From: Octopus vulgaris
Lineage: Eukaryota
Length of the DNA stretch: 64,000 nt
Reading direction: 5' to 3'
NCBI GenBank assembly: GCA_951406725.2
Contig: OX597817.1
Location: 120,218,001-120,282,000 of the forward strand
The translations under genes and the position numbers were made by a program. Positions 12,238 through 23,690 of the stretch are shown piece after piece. A model generated the notes under the pieces. It worked only from the letters and a program-made list of their open reading frames with translations, did not search any database and had not been told where the DNA came from. How positions within the stretch are numbered: position 1 is the stretch's first letter; the number at the start of each line of letters is the position of its first letter.

Positions 12238-13445
12238 TACATTAAGAAAGCTTCCTGCCATACAGCCATAGTGTTCAAGAACCTGTTTAAATGAGTCAGC
12301 AGAAGAATTTCCCACCTGTCATCAGGTAAAGAAACTTTTAATGTGGCAGCTGTATATCATAAGGCCCTAGTGATAAGCTGGTTTAAGGATAAGATGAATT
12401 ACACACCCCACTCTAACACCACTGAGAGAAAATGCCATTGAAAAACGTTATTGTTCACAACTCCCTTCTCCCTGAATATATATACTTGTGTAGTTAGGGT
12501 TTTCCTTAGTTTAGTTAGTAAATACTTATTTAAGCTTTTTCTTTTAGCTGTACACCTAGCATAAAGAAAATTCCAGTGAGTAGGCCCATGCTAGACACTG
12601 GTAGAATGCTCATTCAGAAACAATACTGCATGTCCGTGGAGGTGCAATGGCCCAGTGGTTAGGGCAGCGGACTCGCAGTCGTAGGATTGCGGTTTCAATT
12701 CCCAGACCGGGCATTGTGAGTGTTTATTGAGCGAAAACACCTAAAGCTTCACAAGGCTCCTGCAGGGAGGGGGGTGAACCCTGCTGTACTCTTTCACCAC
12801 AACTTTCTCTCACTCTTTCTTCCTGTTTCTGTTGTACCTGTATTTCAAAGGGCCAGCCTTGTCACACTCTGTGTCATGCTGAATCTCCTCGAGAACTACG
12901 TTAAGGGTACACGTGTCTGTGGAATGCTCAGCCACTTGCACGTTAATTCCATGAGCAAGCTGTTCCATTGATCGTATCAGCTGGGACCCTCGTCGTCGTA
13001 ACCGACGGAGTGCTCCTACTACTACTACTACTGCATGTCCATGAAACAGTCAAGGTATATGAAACACAAGTTATATTAAAGGATCCCAGCAGACACATGT
13101 TGAAATATGTGAGCATGACAGAAGATTCCTTCAGGATCATATTTAGCAAACACAAGTCCTTCTTCAATATAGAAATAAGGTAAAACTTTGCAGACCTAGC
13201 AAGACACATTATAATGACCCACACGTGTAGGTCATTATAATATGCTGTATATAACTATAAAACAAATTTTGTGAATGTACATGTCTCCATACTCTTTATT
13301 CTTATATACTCCAGACAATTTTCACTATCCAGCTAAGAGTAGATGGAATTGCTAATCGGAAGAATCCACAGAGTGACTAACATCTGAATATAGACACAGA
13401 TGTTAGATACTGATCATTACCTGTTAAGTGGAACTTAACTGAGAG
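12238..13445 (+). mobile_element. Penelope-like retroelement relic (RT C-terminus, linker, GIY-YIG endonuclease; Naiad/Neptune-like), interrupted by a SINE
   Basis: Translations YIKKASCHTAIVFKNLFK*VSRRISHLSSGKETFNVAA; PFSLNIYTCVVRVFLSLVSKY; ECSFRNNTACP; then after the SINE KVYETQVILK...KYVSMTEDSFRIIFSKHKSFF...LARHI. These follow PLE motifs (S-x-H, LSS, NPPFS, CNC-x5-CP, VY...YIG-x-T...H) in order. Confidence 0.8.
12636..13028 (+). mobile_element. tRNA-derived SINE (family C), young, 12-bp TSD
   Basis: A box tggcccagtgg (12648-12658), B box gtttcaattcc, (CTA)n tail; TSD tactgcatgtcc at 12624-12635 and 13029-13040. Confidence 0.93.
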
Positions 13446-16400
13446 CTAATACAGTATCCACCCAGATAATATATCCCTCCAAACTCATTTATATATATAT
13501 ATAAAGCATAAAATATGTTGTCATATGTCTCTGCCTTCACATCCATAATTATGAGTCTATCCATATATTCTTATTTCACTCTCTTGGATACAAAAATACC
13601 TTAAGCTCAGTATTACATATTAATAAAGAGTCACCAACAAATTTACAATGATCGCTATCAAAACTTATTTTGGAACATGCATTAATTTATTTATTCATAT
13701 TTATAAATATTTTAGAATTTGAAAATCTAAGTGAAGTGTGAATCACAACATGAATGAGCAGTTATTTTTATGAAGACAGATTTTAAAAGAAATATTTTTC
13801 TTTTTAATATGTATTTCTATCCACAAATGGAAAGTGAAGTTGTAAAATAGCAAAATTCTTATTATTTATAGGCAACTGGAATAAAAATGTGTTCTTTCCT
13901 TTCATTTATTTTTTTTCATTATTCTGTTCACTTTTCTAGGGAGATGAGCAAAAGTGATAAATATAAATGCAAACACATAAAATACAAAAGGATAGAGGCA
14001 AACAAAATGAAATGTATCTCGCTTCAATGTGTGACACAAAACCACAGCTCATACCAGAAATGCAAACTAATTATCTTTACATAATGCTCGTTATTCTCGA
14101 AGATAATTATTTCAGTGTCTAATTATGTATGCACATTAAGAAAAGAGAGAAAGATAGACAGACAGACAGACAGATAGACAGATCCATACATGCATGCATA
14201 CATACATACATACATACATATGTACATACGGACATACACACATATGTAAATAAATAAATAAACAAACCAGAAAGGAGAAAGCTAATTTGAAGACTACAGA
14301 TCCAAACCATTACTGGAACTGTAAAAATCTGTAAAACTTTCCAGAAGTTTATCATTTAAATATATATGAGCATGTCTAGATATGCAACTATATGCATGAG
14401 AATATATACATAAAATATACAAATACATACATACATACATACATACATACATACATACATACATACATACATACATACATACAAACAAACAAACAAACAA
14501 ACAAAAATAGCCTGTTGTTGATGTTGAAATTCCAGTGAAGGAGCCTTGGATCTAGATTAGAAACCGGTTCTTTCTCTGTTGGCAAGAAATCTTGAAATAA
14601 ACTGAATGACATATACACACACACACACACACATATATACATACATAAGTTAGTTTTTCCAAATGCTCTTCCCCAAATTCCCTCAATTTGAAGTTAAATC
14701 TGTTAATTTTAAATCTTCAGCAGGCTAAGTCAGATCTGATACTATAATAATTTTATTTAGCAACTTTTTATGCCTTCTCATCATATATTTTAGCAAACAA
14801 CATACTTCCAAGTTAGAGAAGTTCCTATCTATCAGAAGATCTAGTGTGTAGCAATGCTTTCACCTATATTCTACATTTAGATTTTTTCAGATGTTATAGC
14901 ATATTCAACTACCTGTATATAATTAGTTATATTAAATGCACTAAGGTAGAAGAGACATGAGTTTGAAAGAAAATAGTATATGCCATTGAAGCATACACAC
15001 TTTCTTGTGATTTGACAAACTTGCAGTGCCTGGCAGTAACAGAATCAGCTACTTAGCAGATGATTTGTCCTATTTTGCTTAGAATTGTGTTTACATGTTA
15101 TAAGCAAACACAACTGAATCAAATATTGCTTCTTTTCTGAAAGAATATTTTACACTATTTATTAAGGAATATAATTTTAAACCGTTTAGTCAAATCAAGA
15201 ATAACTATATACATACAAATATGCATACATACTGATTATTCTGTACAAGCATTAGTAGCCAAGAATTAAGAAGAAAAATACAAGAAAGGAAAATATGAAA
15301 AATAAGTAAACTCTATAAGTACTATAGAATTTAGCAGGTGTTCATTTATTGAAAAGAATATTGTGTTTGTAAGCATTGTGTATATATGTATCTGTCTATG
15401 TACATATGTGTCTGTGTGTATATGTACAAATGTGTATGCGTGTGCTCACATGTGTAAGATTGTTCCAGTAAAATCTGTTCAAATTTATGTTTGCATAAAT
15501 TTGAATACATGAAACAGTGACAGCCCAAATAGTATGCTGCCTTGAGTGCATTATGTATGATGTGTGCAAGGGTGTGTGTATGAAGTTTTGCACAAATGTG
15601 TGTGTTAGTGAAAAATAACCAATATATTTAATATTTTCTGCCATCATAACTAACGCAACCATGGAAATTTGTGGTAATTCAAATTCCCAGTATAATTGTC
15701 ATGCATCAATCTCATCAGTGAATAAGATTTAAGCCAGATAACAAAGTATTAGACATAGAGACATGTTTTGCAAATGAATGCAATAAGGAAAATCAAATAA
15801 AAGAGTAAATGCCAGAAAAACCTGAGATACAACCACAGCTCTAATACATAATATATGAACAAAATATAACAGTATTCAAAAAATATAGTTACACAGTTTT
15901 TTATCTCTTCAATGCAAACTGCTTGCTAGGGGTCTTATTTTTTTAAACAACACTAACAAAGATTTAACAATAATACTGCATAAAATAACTTCAAACCCTT
16001 GAATGGAATTATGCAATAATAAAGGGAGGAATGTATTTTAAAATACAGTTTTCGAAAGAGAGTTTTTTTTAAAAATCAAACCAAGCTCTATTTAATATGT
16101 TATCTGTCTTCAGAATCTTACAGTGGCCTGCAATGTGCTTGCAAATCAAAAGCCCACTTTCATGACAATTATGTTGTACACATTGTAGATAAGTACAACT
16201 AGTACTAGCTAGTGCTTCTAAATATTATCGTTGATACTATCATCATTTATCTATAAGGTTCTCAAGTGCTGACAGTTCTCCACAAGTTAGATGACATGGT
16301 CAGCAGTATGTCAATCTTTGCATTCTGTAGAGGATTAAAGGTGAGCATGAGCATTTTAGGCATTGACAAAGATTGGCAGAACAGTTTGAGCACAATGAAT

Positions 16401-17689
16401 AACTTCCAGAAATCACTAGCCTGGCAGTGGTTCCAATGGGCATTGTTAATAATTTATCTAGGATAAACTCTACAATTATATAATAGCTATCAACCAGACA
16501 TAGAGTAACAAACAGCTCTGCATGCACACTTTCAATATCTAAATACCATTTACCTGTACAGTTACATCATCACCATTATCATCATCATGAGGATGAAAAA
16601 ACAGAGACAGAATACCAAACTTTAGAGTTTAATCCCTTTACATTGACTATATATCCTAACAATATATATCCTATATATCCTGCTGTCTTCAGATAGAATA
16701 GGACAAATGATATACTCAAAGCGATTTAATATACTTCACCACTGAACAAAAAAATAGCTTTGTATAACTTAATCAAATGAAATTATTTTGTTATCACTAA
16801 AATTGCTGTGTCATAAAAGACCAACTCTTTAGATCCAACTGTGCTACATTCCTGACAATATCTATTCAGACCAACTTTTAACTATAGTTTGGTTCTGTAG
16901 ATGAAAAACAGGGTATTTATTTTCTGATCTGATTTTATAGAAAAGGTTCTAAGTGACAGTTGACATCTTCAGTAAATGAGCTTCCAAAGACACAAAGCAA
17001 AATGAACAGTTGTTATCCAAATTGCAATACAGAAAGAAGCTACCAAACACCTAGTAAAATAATGTGCCAACAGTTGTTATCCATCCTTCTACAGTACACA
17101 CATTATTCTCGTTTACTTAACCAATTGTTGTTTAAATATTTCCTAACTGTATCTGATTAGGCACATAATCTTTTATAGAATAATCAAAAGTCAATCTTGA
17201 CATAAGTGTTCATCAGATAATTTAAGCGGTTACATGAATTGACATTGTAGCAAATGTGATTACACAGTTTATGTAACACATGACTTTGATAATATAAAAT
17301 ACTTCATCACAGAACTTAGTTGTTGCATCATTTTCAGACTAAAATTCCTGAAATGTTGTAAGCAGGTGACAATGGGGTGCACAGCATCAGTAAGTTTCAA
17401 CAAAGGTGAAACACGTCTGTCATTATCATCAGTCACTGCAGTGATATATATTGTGTTTTTAAGACAAGTCTATAAAGAGATTTTATTTCAGACAGCTTCT
17501 TTTAACTTGTACTGGTGAAAGCATTATTTAAGAAACAGTGATATCTTAAAGGAATGAAAACAGTCAGACAAAACGACCGAATGACATTTTGCTCTTAATA
17601 TATATGTGTGTCTGTGTGTGTATATGCATATATATATATATATATAGCATATGGTAGATGGAAGATGGAACAAACGAGAATTTATATTA

Positions 17690-17795
17690 ATCACAACAAT
17701 TGTTTCAACACATCTAGCATCAATCCCTCATAGGTGGGACACCTAACAACTGGTTCAGGAGTGTCCAGCAGTGCAGATATGTCTCCTAAGGTGAT
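17690..17795 (-). ncRNA. Decayed type I hammerhead ribozyme with extended stem II (PLE/retrozyme-type repeat)
   Basis: Minus strand: ATCAC-CTTAGGA-GACATATCTGCA...TGCTAGATGTGTT-GAAAC-AATT-GT-T-GTGAT. Stems I, II and III all pair; core deviates at G5>U. Confidence 0.7.
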
Positions 17796-17877
17796 ACATA
17801 GATACAACTCAGTAAAATAACAGTACCACAATGTATCTTCTCATTTCATAGAAAGAAAAGCAGCAAAATGAAAGGTT

Positions 17878-17965
17878 TGTATATATGCATATATATATGT
17901 GTATATCTACATATGTGCATGTGTGTTTGTATGTATATATATATATATATACATATATATAATGC

Positions 17966-18020
<55 letters not shown>

Positions 18021-18182
18021 GCACAATATATACAAATATACATAAATATATTTATATACACATAGCTATATACATGCACCCTTATATACACATACATATA
18101 GTTAGATATGCATACATACATGAATATACTTATATATACAGACATGAATATATATATACATACATGTGTGTGTGTGTCTGTG
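17878..18182. repeat. Compound (TA/CA/TG)n microsatellite tract
   Basis: Direct inspection. Confidence 0.9.
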
Positions 18183-19104
18183 TAATGCTATGAACATATT
18201 TTTTTTACTAAAGTGACTCAGTAAAATAATATATTCCTATTAAATAGAAGTATATATATACACGGGTACACACACACACACACATGCATTTGTCACCTAT
18301 TTATACACACAGTGTATAACATAGTACTTAATGTCTTGCCTCATAAAAAATCAGTCAAAACAAAGAGCGTGCTTGCAAAACAAAATACTCGCATACATTT
18401 TGTCTGTTACATAAATAATTAACTCAAAATAACATTAATAAAAACTAGAAATAAAATTATCATTCAAATATAGCAAAAAAATAAGAAAAAAATTTACACT
18501 TAGCATATTTTTGTTATGTGTCGTTTGCTTGCATAAACAGATTATAAAAACGGCAACTTAATGTGTCACTGTATGATAATTCTGTCGAGATACAAGTGTA
18601 CTATTTATTCTTTTTTCTTTTCCCAATATGAGAATATTAATTTCATCTCACTTGTTTCATTTTTGATCCTTCCAGAATTTATTAATTTTCTTTTTAGTAA
18701 ATTAAAAAAAAAAAACATGGAAAAATTGCTAATTCAATTCATGTAGAACACAAAATTTATGTGAGCATATTGTTTTAGCATGCATGTTTTTGCCTCAATC
18801 AAATTATTGTAAGATGAGACATTAAGTTGCCATCTGTATACAAACAGGGAACATACGACGAAAATATATAACTCGAATTATTCATGACTACATTGATAAA
18901 CAATGTTTGTGAACAAACAATTTGAATTTAGCAGGCATGAAAAGGAGTTGGTGCACTTGACTTGTTATTTTATAATATTTATCTTAGAGTGGGAAATATT
19001 TCTTGCATCCACTTCAGGGAATGTTATACCAGTAGAATTTAAGCTATAAATGCAACACTACTCTGAATACAAAATATTTGTCTTTCAAGTCCCTCAGTCT
19101 TACA

Positions 19105-19180
19105 TACATCCAACCCATGCCAACATGGAAAACAAAGCATGTTAAATGATGATGATGATGATGATGATGATCTTGATGAT
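19105..19180 (+). mobile_element. RTE-type 3' terminus with (TGA)n tail
   Basis: catccaacccatgccaacatggaaaacaaagcatgttaaatgatgatgatg matches the reverse complement of the RTE end at 36994-37057. Confidence 0.75.
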
Positions 19181-19231
19181 ATATGTACACACATCCATAT
19201 ATGCAAATATACATAAACACACATATACACA

Positions 19232-19484
19232 CCTACATGGCAATTGTCTACTCCTTATGCAGGGTTTGACCACCTCCTGTACCTACACATTAGCACCATC
19301 TGATGTGGCTTTTTAAACCAGACAATCTATTGAAAAGACACCCACATAGATTGCATATCTGAGTTGGACCACTAAGAACCACAGTTAAGCTCTGCTCTTT
19401 GTGGATCTTAAAATGTCTTTTGAGGCCTCCGTTGGATTTGCAAACCTTATGGCATACCCTGCATTCAAAGGTGTGCACAGACAT
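19232..19484 (-). mobile_element. 3' end of an RTE/BovB-like LINE encoding two C2H2-type zinc fingers
   Basis: MSVHTFECRVCHKVCKSNGGLKRHFKIH...ICNLCGCLFNRLSGLKSHIRWC*; S-x-x-G-L-x-x-H pattern typical of RTE C-termini, no TGEKP linkers, short 3' UTR, embedded in microsatellite. Confidence 0.65.
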
Positions 19485-19603
19485 ATAGGCATACCTACAT
19501 ACACATATATTCATACATGCATATACATAGATTTCCTGCATGAATATAGACACATATACAGATATAACTATATACTTACTTACATATGAACATACATACA
19601 CAC

Positions 19604-19800
19604 ATCATCATTTAATATTCTCCTTTCCATGGTGGCATGAACCAGATGGTTCAACATGTACAGAGGTACCATAATGCTGTGCCAAGTTTCAATATCCACT
19701 TTGGCATGGCTTCTACAGCTGGTGCCCTGCCTGATTCCAGTCACTTTACAGAGTGTACCAGGTGCTTTCTTTCCTGGCATCAGCACAGGTAAGGTCACCA
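19604..19800 (-). mobile_element. Old RTE-type 3' end fragment
   Basis: catcatcatttaatattc...ttctacagctggtgccctgcctgattccagtcactttacagagtg similar to 36994-37170. Confidence 0.7.
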
Positions 19801-19884
19801 AGTACTTGAATGAAAGACATAAAGGGCACACTCAAACACACACACTCATATACATATATGTACATATATAATGCATATATATCA

Positions 19885-20000
19885 CCATTATCATCATCAT
19901 TTAATGTCCACTCTCTTCTATGTTTGCATGGGTTAGACAGAATTTGTTGAAATAAATTTTGTACAGTTGGATGTCTTTCCTGTTGTCAACTTTCATCATT
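19885..20000 (-). mobile_element. Old RTE-type 3' end fragment
   Basis: atcatcatcatttaatgtcc...gcatgggttagacag...tacagttggatgtctttcctgttgtcaac. Confidence 0.65.
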
Positions 20001-20214
20001 TTCTAATCAAGATAACATTTACCTCATAGAAGACAGAAAATGAACATCACTTGAATCATGGTGATACTACTCATTTACAATCATCACATCATGTCAAGAC
20101 TAGGTGTCACACACACTCACACACACACACACACACACACATACATACACACACATGTAGATTAGGCTTTCAGTTTCCATCTATTGACTCTAATCAAAAG
20201 GCTTTGGTCACTGT

Positions 20215-20680
20215 TTTTAAATTACCTTCCCTTTCACTTCCCCTTTGCACTACCACATCCCCCACCTGCACACATTCCTCTTACATACACTATGATTACA
20301 CCTACACACCATCCTTCTACACCCATACAGTTGCACATCTCCATAGACCTACATACACACCAAAATCACCACATACTTTTCCCTATATGGCCATCTCCAT
20401 ACATGGAAACCCTCCCATAAATACATACCCATATTACCAGCCTCTTCGTCCCTTCCCAACTCCTCTGCATAAAACTACATTCCTAACTTTTTTTTTATTC
20501 ATTTCCAGACACCTTTTCTCCTTTCATATTTTTCAAACCACACTTCCTGATAGTTTATTTTTTCCTGATGAAGAACTAGCACCCGAAACATCATTGCAAT
20601 TTTTTAATATAGAAAATACTTCGATGCATAATTTCTATCCATTAAGCTATATTGTCAGTTAAAAATTATAATAGCTGTTT
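20215..20680 (+). mobile_element. Putative Penelope-like terminal repeat: C/A-rich tract ending in a decayed minimal hammerhead
   Basis: Strongly G-poor tract followed by ctgatgaagaactagcacccgaaacatc at 20566-20593. The 203-aa ORF is compositional noise. Confidence 0.5.
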
Positions 20681-22295
20681 TTAGATTATGGTAAAATAAC
20701 CAAGAATAAATTAGATTCCATTGAAACCTATAACAAATGTGTGGTGAAAGAAAAGTTTATAATATATGAATTTCCAAAAAAGAAAATTACAGATATGCTT
20801 CACGGTGATATGAATAACACTAGCATTTATTTTTCTTTTTAGACTCTATGAAATAAAATCATAACTTAAAATTTGTTATATGAAAATAATTTCAACATGG
20901 CTTCAATAACTAGAATATAAAATTGACATTTTATATCAAATCTCCATACAGATTCATGTTTCTGCATATATAATTATCTTGAAATTTTTTTTTTTTAAAT
21001 GTAATCAGAAGTATGCCAACTTTTCCATTGTCTGTTTCTTTACTTTCTTGCAATTTCTAAAATGTACAAAGAAAAGTATATTATATTCTTTTTTCTCTTC
21101 TTTTCTTTCTTTTTTTTATTTACTTTAAATTTTGAATAAGGACCCAGATAAATAATATGGAACTCAGAAAAATAAGACAGATAAATTCAGGAAAATATTA
21201 AAATAAAACAAAATATTTTAAATCAAAATTTCTGAAAACTACTGTGCTGAATTTATCAGGAAAGGAAATATTGAAAAGAAAATTATGAACTAAAAAAAAA
21301 AATCAGGTTAATCTTATTAGAAATATATTTATGTAACAAAATCTGTACATAAAATGTGAAACTGCTTTGACATTTATGATATGTAATATTTTAACATAAG
21401 CCTGTCTTAAAAATAAATAAGATATAAACCACTGCTTTAACAACTTGCAAAATGTGAGTAACAACAATTAACCATTTAAAAAAATGTTAACAGAATAACT
21501 ATTTTTAATGAAAAATCAGAGTAAGGCAAAGGAAGGAAGGAAGGGAAAAAGAAAGAAAAAGAAAAAGAAAAAAGGAACGAAGGAAGAAGCCTGTTTCTGT
21601 ATGTGGATACTCAGTAATATTAAATTGTTGTATACTTCAAAACAGAGAGCTGCACAAAAGAAAGAAAAGAATAAAGCAAGGGAAATTTTGCGTGCACACA
21701 CACACACACACACACACACATCTATATATGTAAAGGCATTGGTTGTATCTTTCTTCTAGAGTTCTAAATTTTTGACTGATAACTATCTGTATTTAAACCT
21801 ATATCATATTGTAAGCAGAATTTATTAGATATTCATCTATAACTAAACTTTATTGTATTTATATCCCTGTTGCAAGACAAGTTGCTATTCACTTAAGCTA
21901 TCTGCATACATTCTAATATCTATCATTAAAGTAACATATCTACTATGCTTCAAACCAAAATGACAACTCTACTGAATGGTTTTGTCAATAAACAGCATAC
22001 AACTTAATCTGTCACAATATGAGATATTGTGTAAATTACAATATTAAATATTATTCTTCAAATATATCAGGTCAACAATAAACAAAGTAAAAATTCAGCT
22101 ACTGGGAAGAAACTGACATCAAGAAATAAATATTAAACATTATTTAAATATTCATTCTGATTTGCTCGAGTAAAATGTGCATAGATTCTTCCAGGAAAGT
22201 GTTTTTCATTACAAGATAGTAACTTCTTTTATTTTATGACTTTTAATGATTTAGCTCTGAATGCAGAAATTCATATCTACATATCTGGATCTAAT

Positions 22296-22586
22296 TATAC
22301 ATATATATATATATACATATATACATACATATATATATACATATATACATACATATATATATATACATATATACATACATATATATATACATATATACAT
22401 ACATATATATATATACATATATACATATATACATACATATATATATATACATATATACATACATATATACATATATATATACATATATATATACATATAT
22501 ACATACATATATATATACATACATATATATATATACATACATACATATATATACATACATACATATATATACATACATACATATAT

Positions 22587-22621
<35 letters not shown>

Positions 22622-23011
22622 CATACATATATATATATATATATATACATACATATATATATATATACATACATACATACATATATATATACATACATAC
22701 ATACATATATATATACATACATACATACATATATATATACATACATACATACATATATATATACATACATACATACATATATATATACATACATACATAC
22801 ATATATATACATACATACATACATATATATATACATACATACATACATATATATATACATACATACATACATATATATATACATACATACATACATATAT
22901 ATATACATACATACATATATATATACATACATACATATATATATACATACATACATACATATATATATATATACTTACATGTATGTATATATATATATAT
23001 ATATATATATA
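22296..23011. repeat. ~715-bp compound (TA)n(TACA)n micro/minisatellite with higher-order units
   Basis: Almost only A/T/C on the + strand; repeated units such as atatatatacatacatacatac. Confidence 0.97.
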
Positions 23012-23344
23012 AACATTGATCAGAAAGCAAACATTAAATTCAAGTCAACGACTTTATACATAACACCACGCCTCCAAACATTTGATCATATATAAATATT
23101 ACCATGGCCTTTCAACATATAAAGAATACATATATAAAAAACACAGAAGGTAAAAAATATATATGCAAATACAGATACAGATATATAGAATGGCCTATTA
23201 AGAAGGTACATACAATCAACTAAAAATTCTAAAGCATGTCATGCGACTAAAAATCTAAATAAAATAAAATATCAGTTGACGGAAATGATTGTTCATACTC
23301 CCCTCAAACAAAAAAATATATGTCAAAAAAGTTATTTGATAAAA

Positions 23345-23690
23345 ACTATGGCAGGATGGAGTCCAGGAGCACAAAAGAGTTCCACAAAATCAAGTCAAAC
23401 ACATCTATGGCCATTTCGGGAGTTCACTGCTGTGGTTCGGTTACAAGCTAAGGTGCATCTCAGCAATGACCTCCTCATCCGGATGAAGAGGAATCTCAGC
23501 AAATTATTCGTTCACTGATTCTTTATTAGGCATGGGGCCCCAAAACAGAGATCATGGTACAAAGACAGACAAGACAGTACAAGTGGGGACATAAAACATA
23601 CGACAATGAATGAAAAAAATGAGAAATGTACAAAAATGAGGCCGGATGTCTCTACTTGAGCCCCACCCTCAAGCAATCACATTTACTGTT
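23345..23690 (-). mobile_element. Unclassified GC-richer repeat fragment, possibly a LINE 3'/5' junction
   Basis: Minus-strand pyrimidine-rich tract ending in AATAAAGAATC, followed by a 47-bp motif that recurs inverted at 23858-23904. Confidence 0.35.

Noticed and set aside
12290-12296. In-frame TGA in the PLE relic as possible selenocysteine codon
   Set aside because: Not at a Cys-motif position, the element is frameshifted throughout and no SECIS was seen.
12640-12710. tRNA-like sequences (also at 36005 and 58425)
   Set aside because: They have A/B boxes but continue into SINE bodies with tails or TSDs; SINE heads, not tRNA genes.
14525-14575. cagtgaaggagcc...agaaaccggttc as hammerhead
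   Set aside because: GAAAC-CG-GT fits stem III but there is no CUGANGA box and stem II is poor.
16259-16346. Candidate exon ending AAG|gtgagc; also strong donors at 40142 (+) and ~53685 (-)
   Set aside because: Weak acceptors, no recognisable peptide and no chain of compatible exons.
22236-23030. Five overlapping 221-259 aa ORFs (YI/HT/MYVC repeats)
   Set aside because: Translations of a TA/TACA microsatellite that lacks stop codons; the same applies to the ORFs at 3612, 14294, 17809, 31267, 39201 and 53217.
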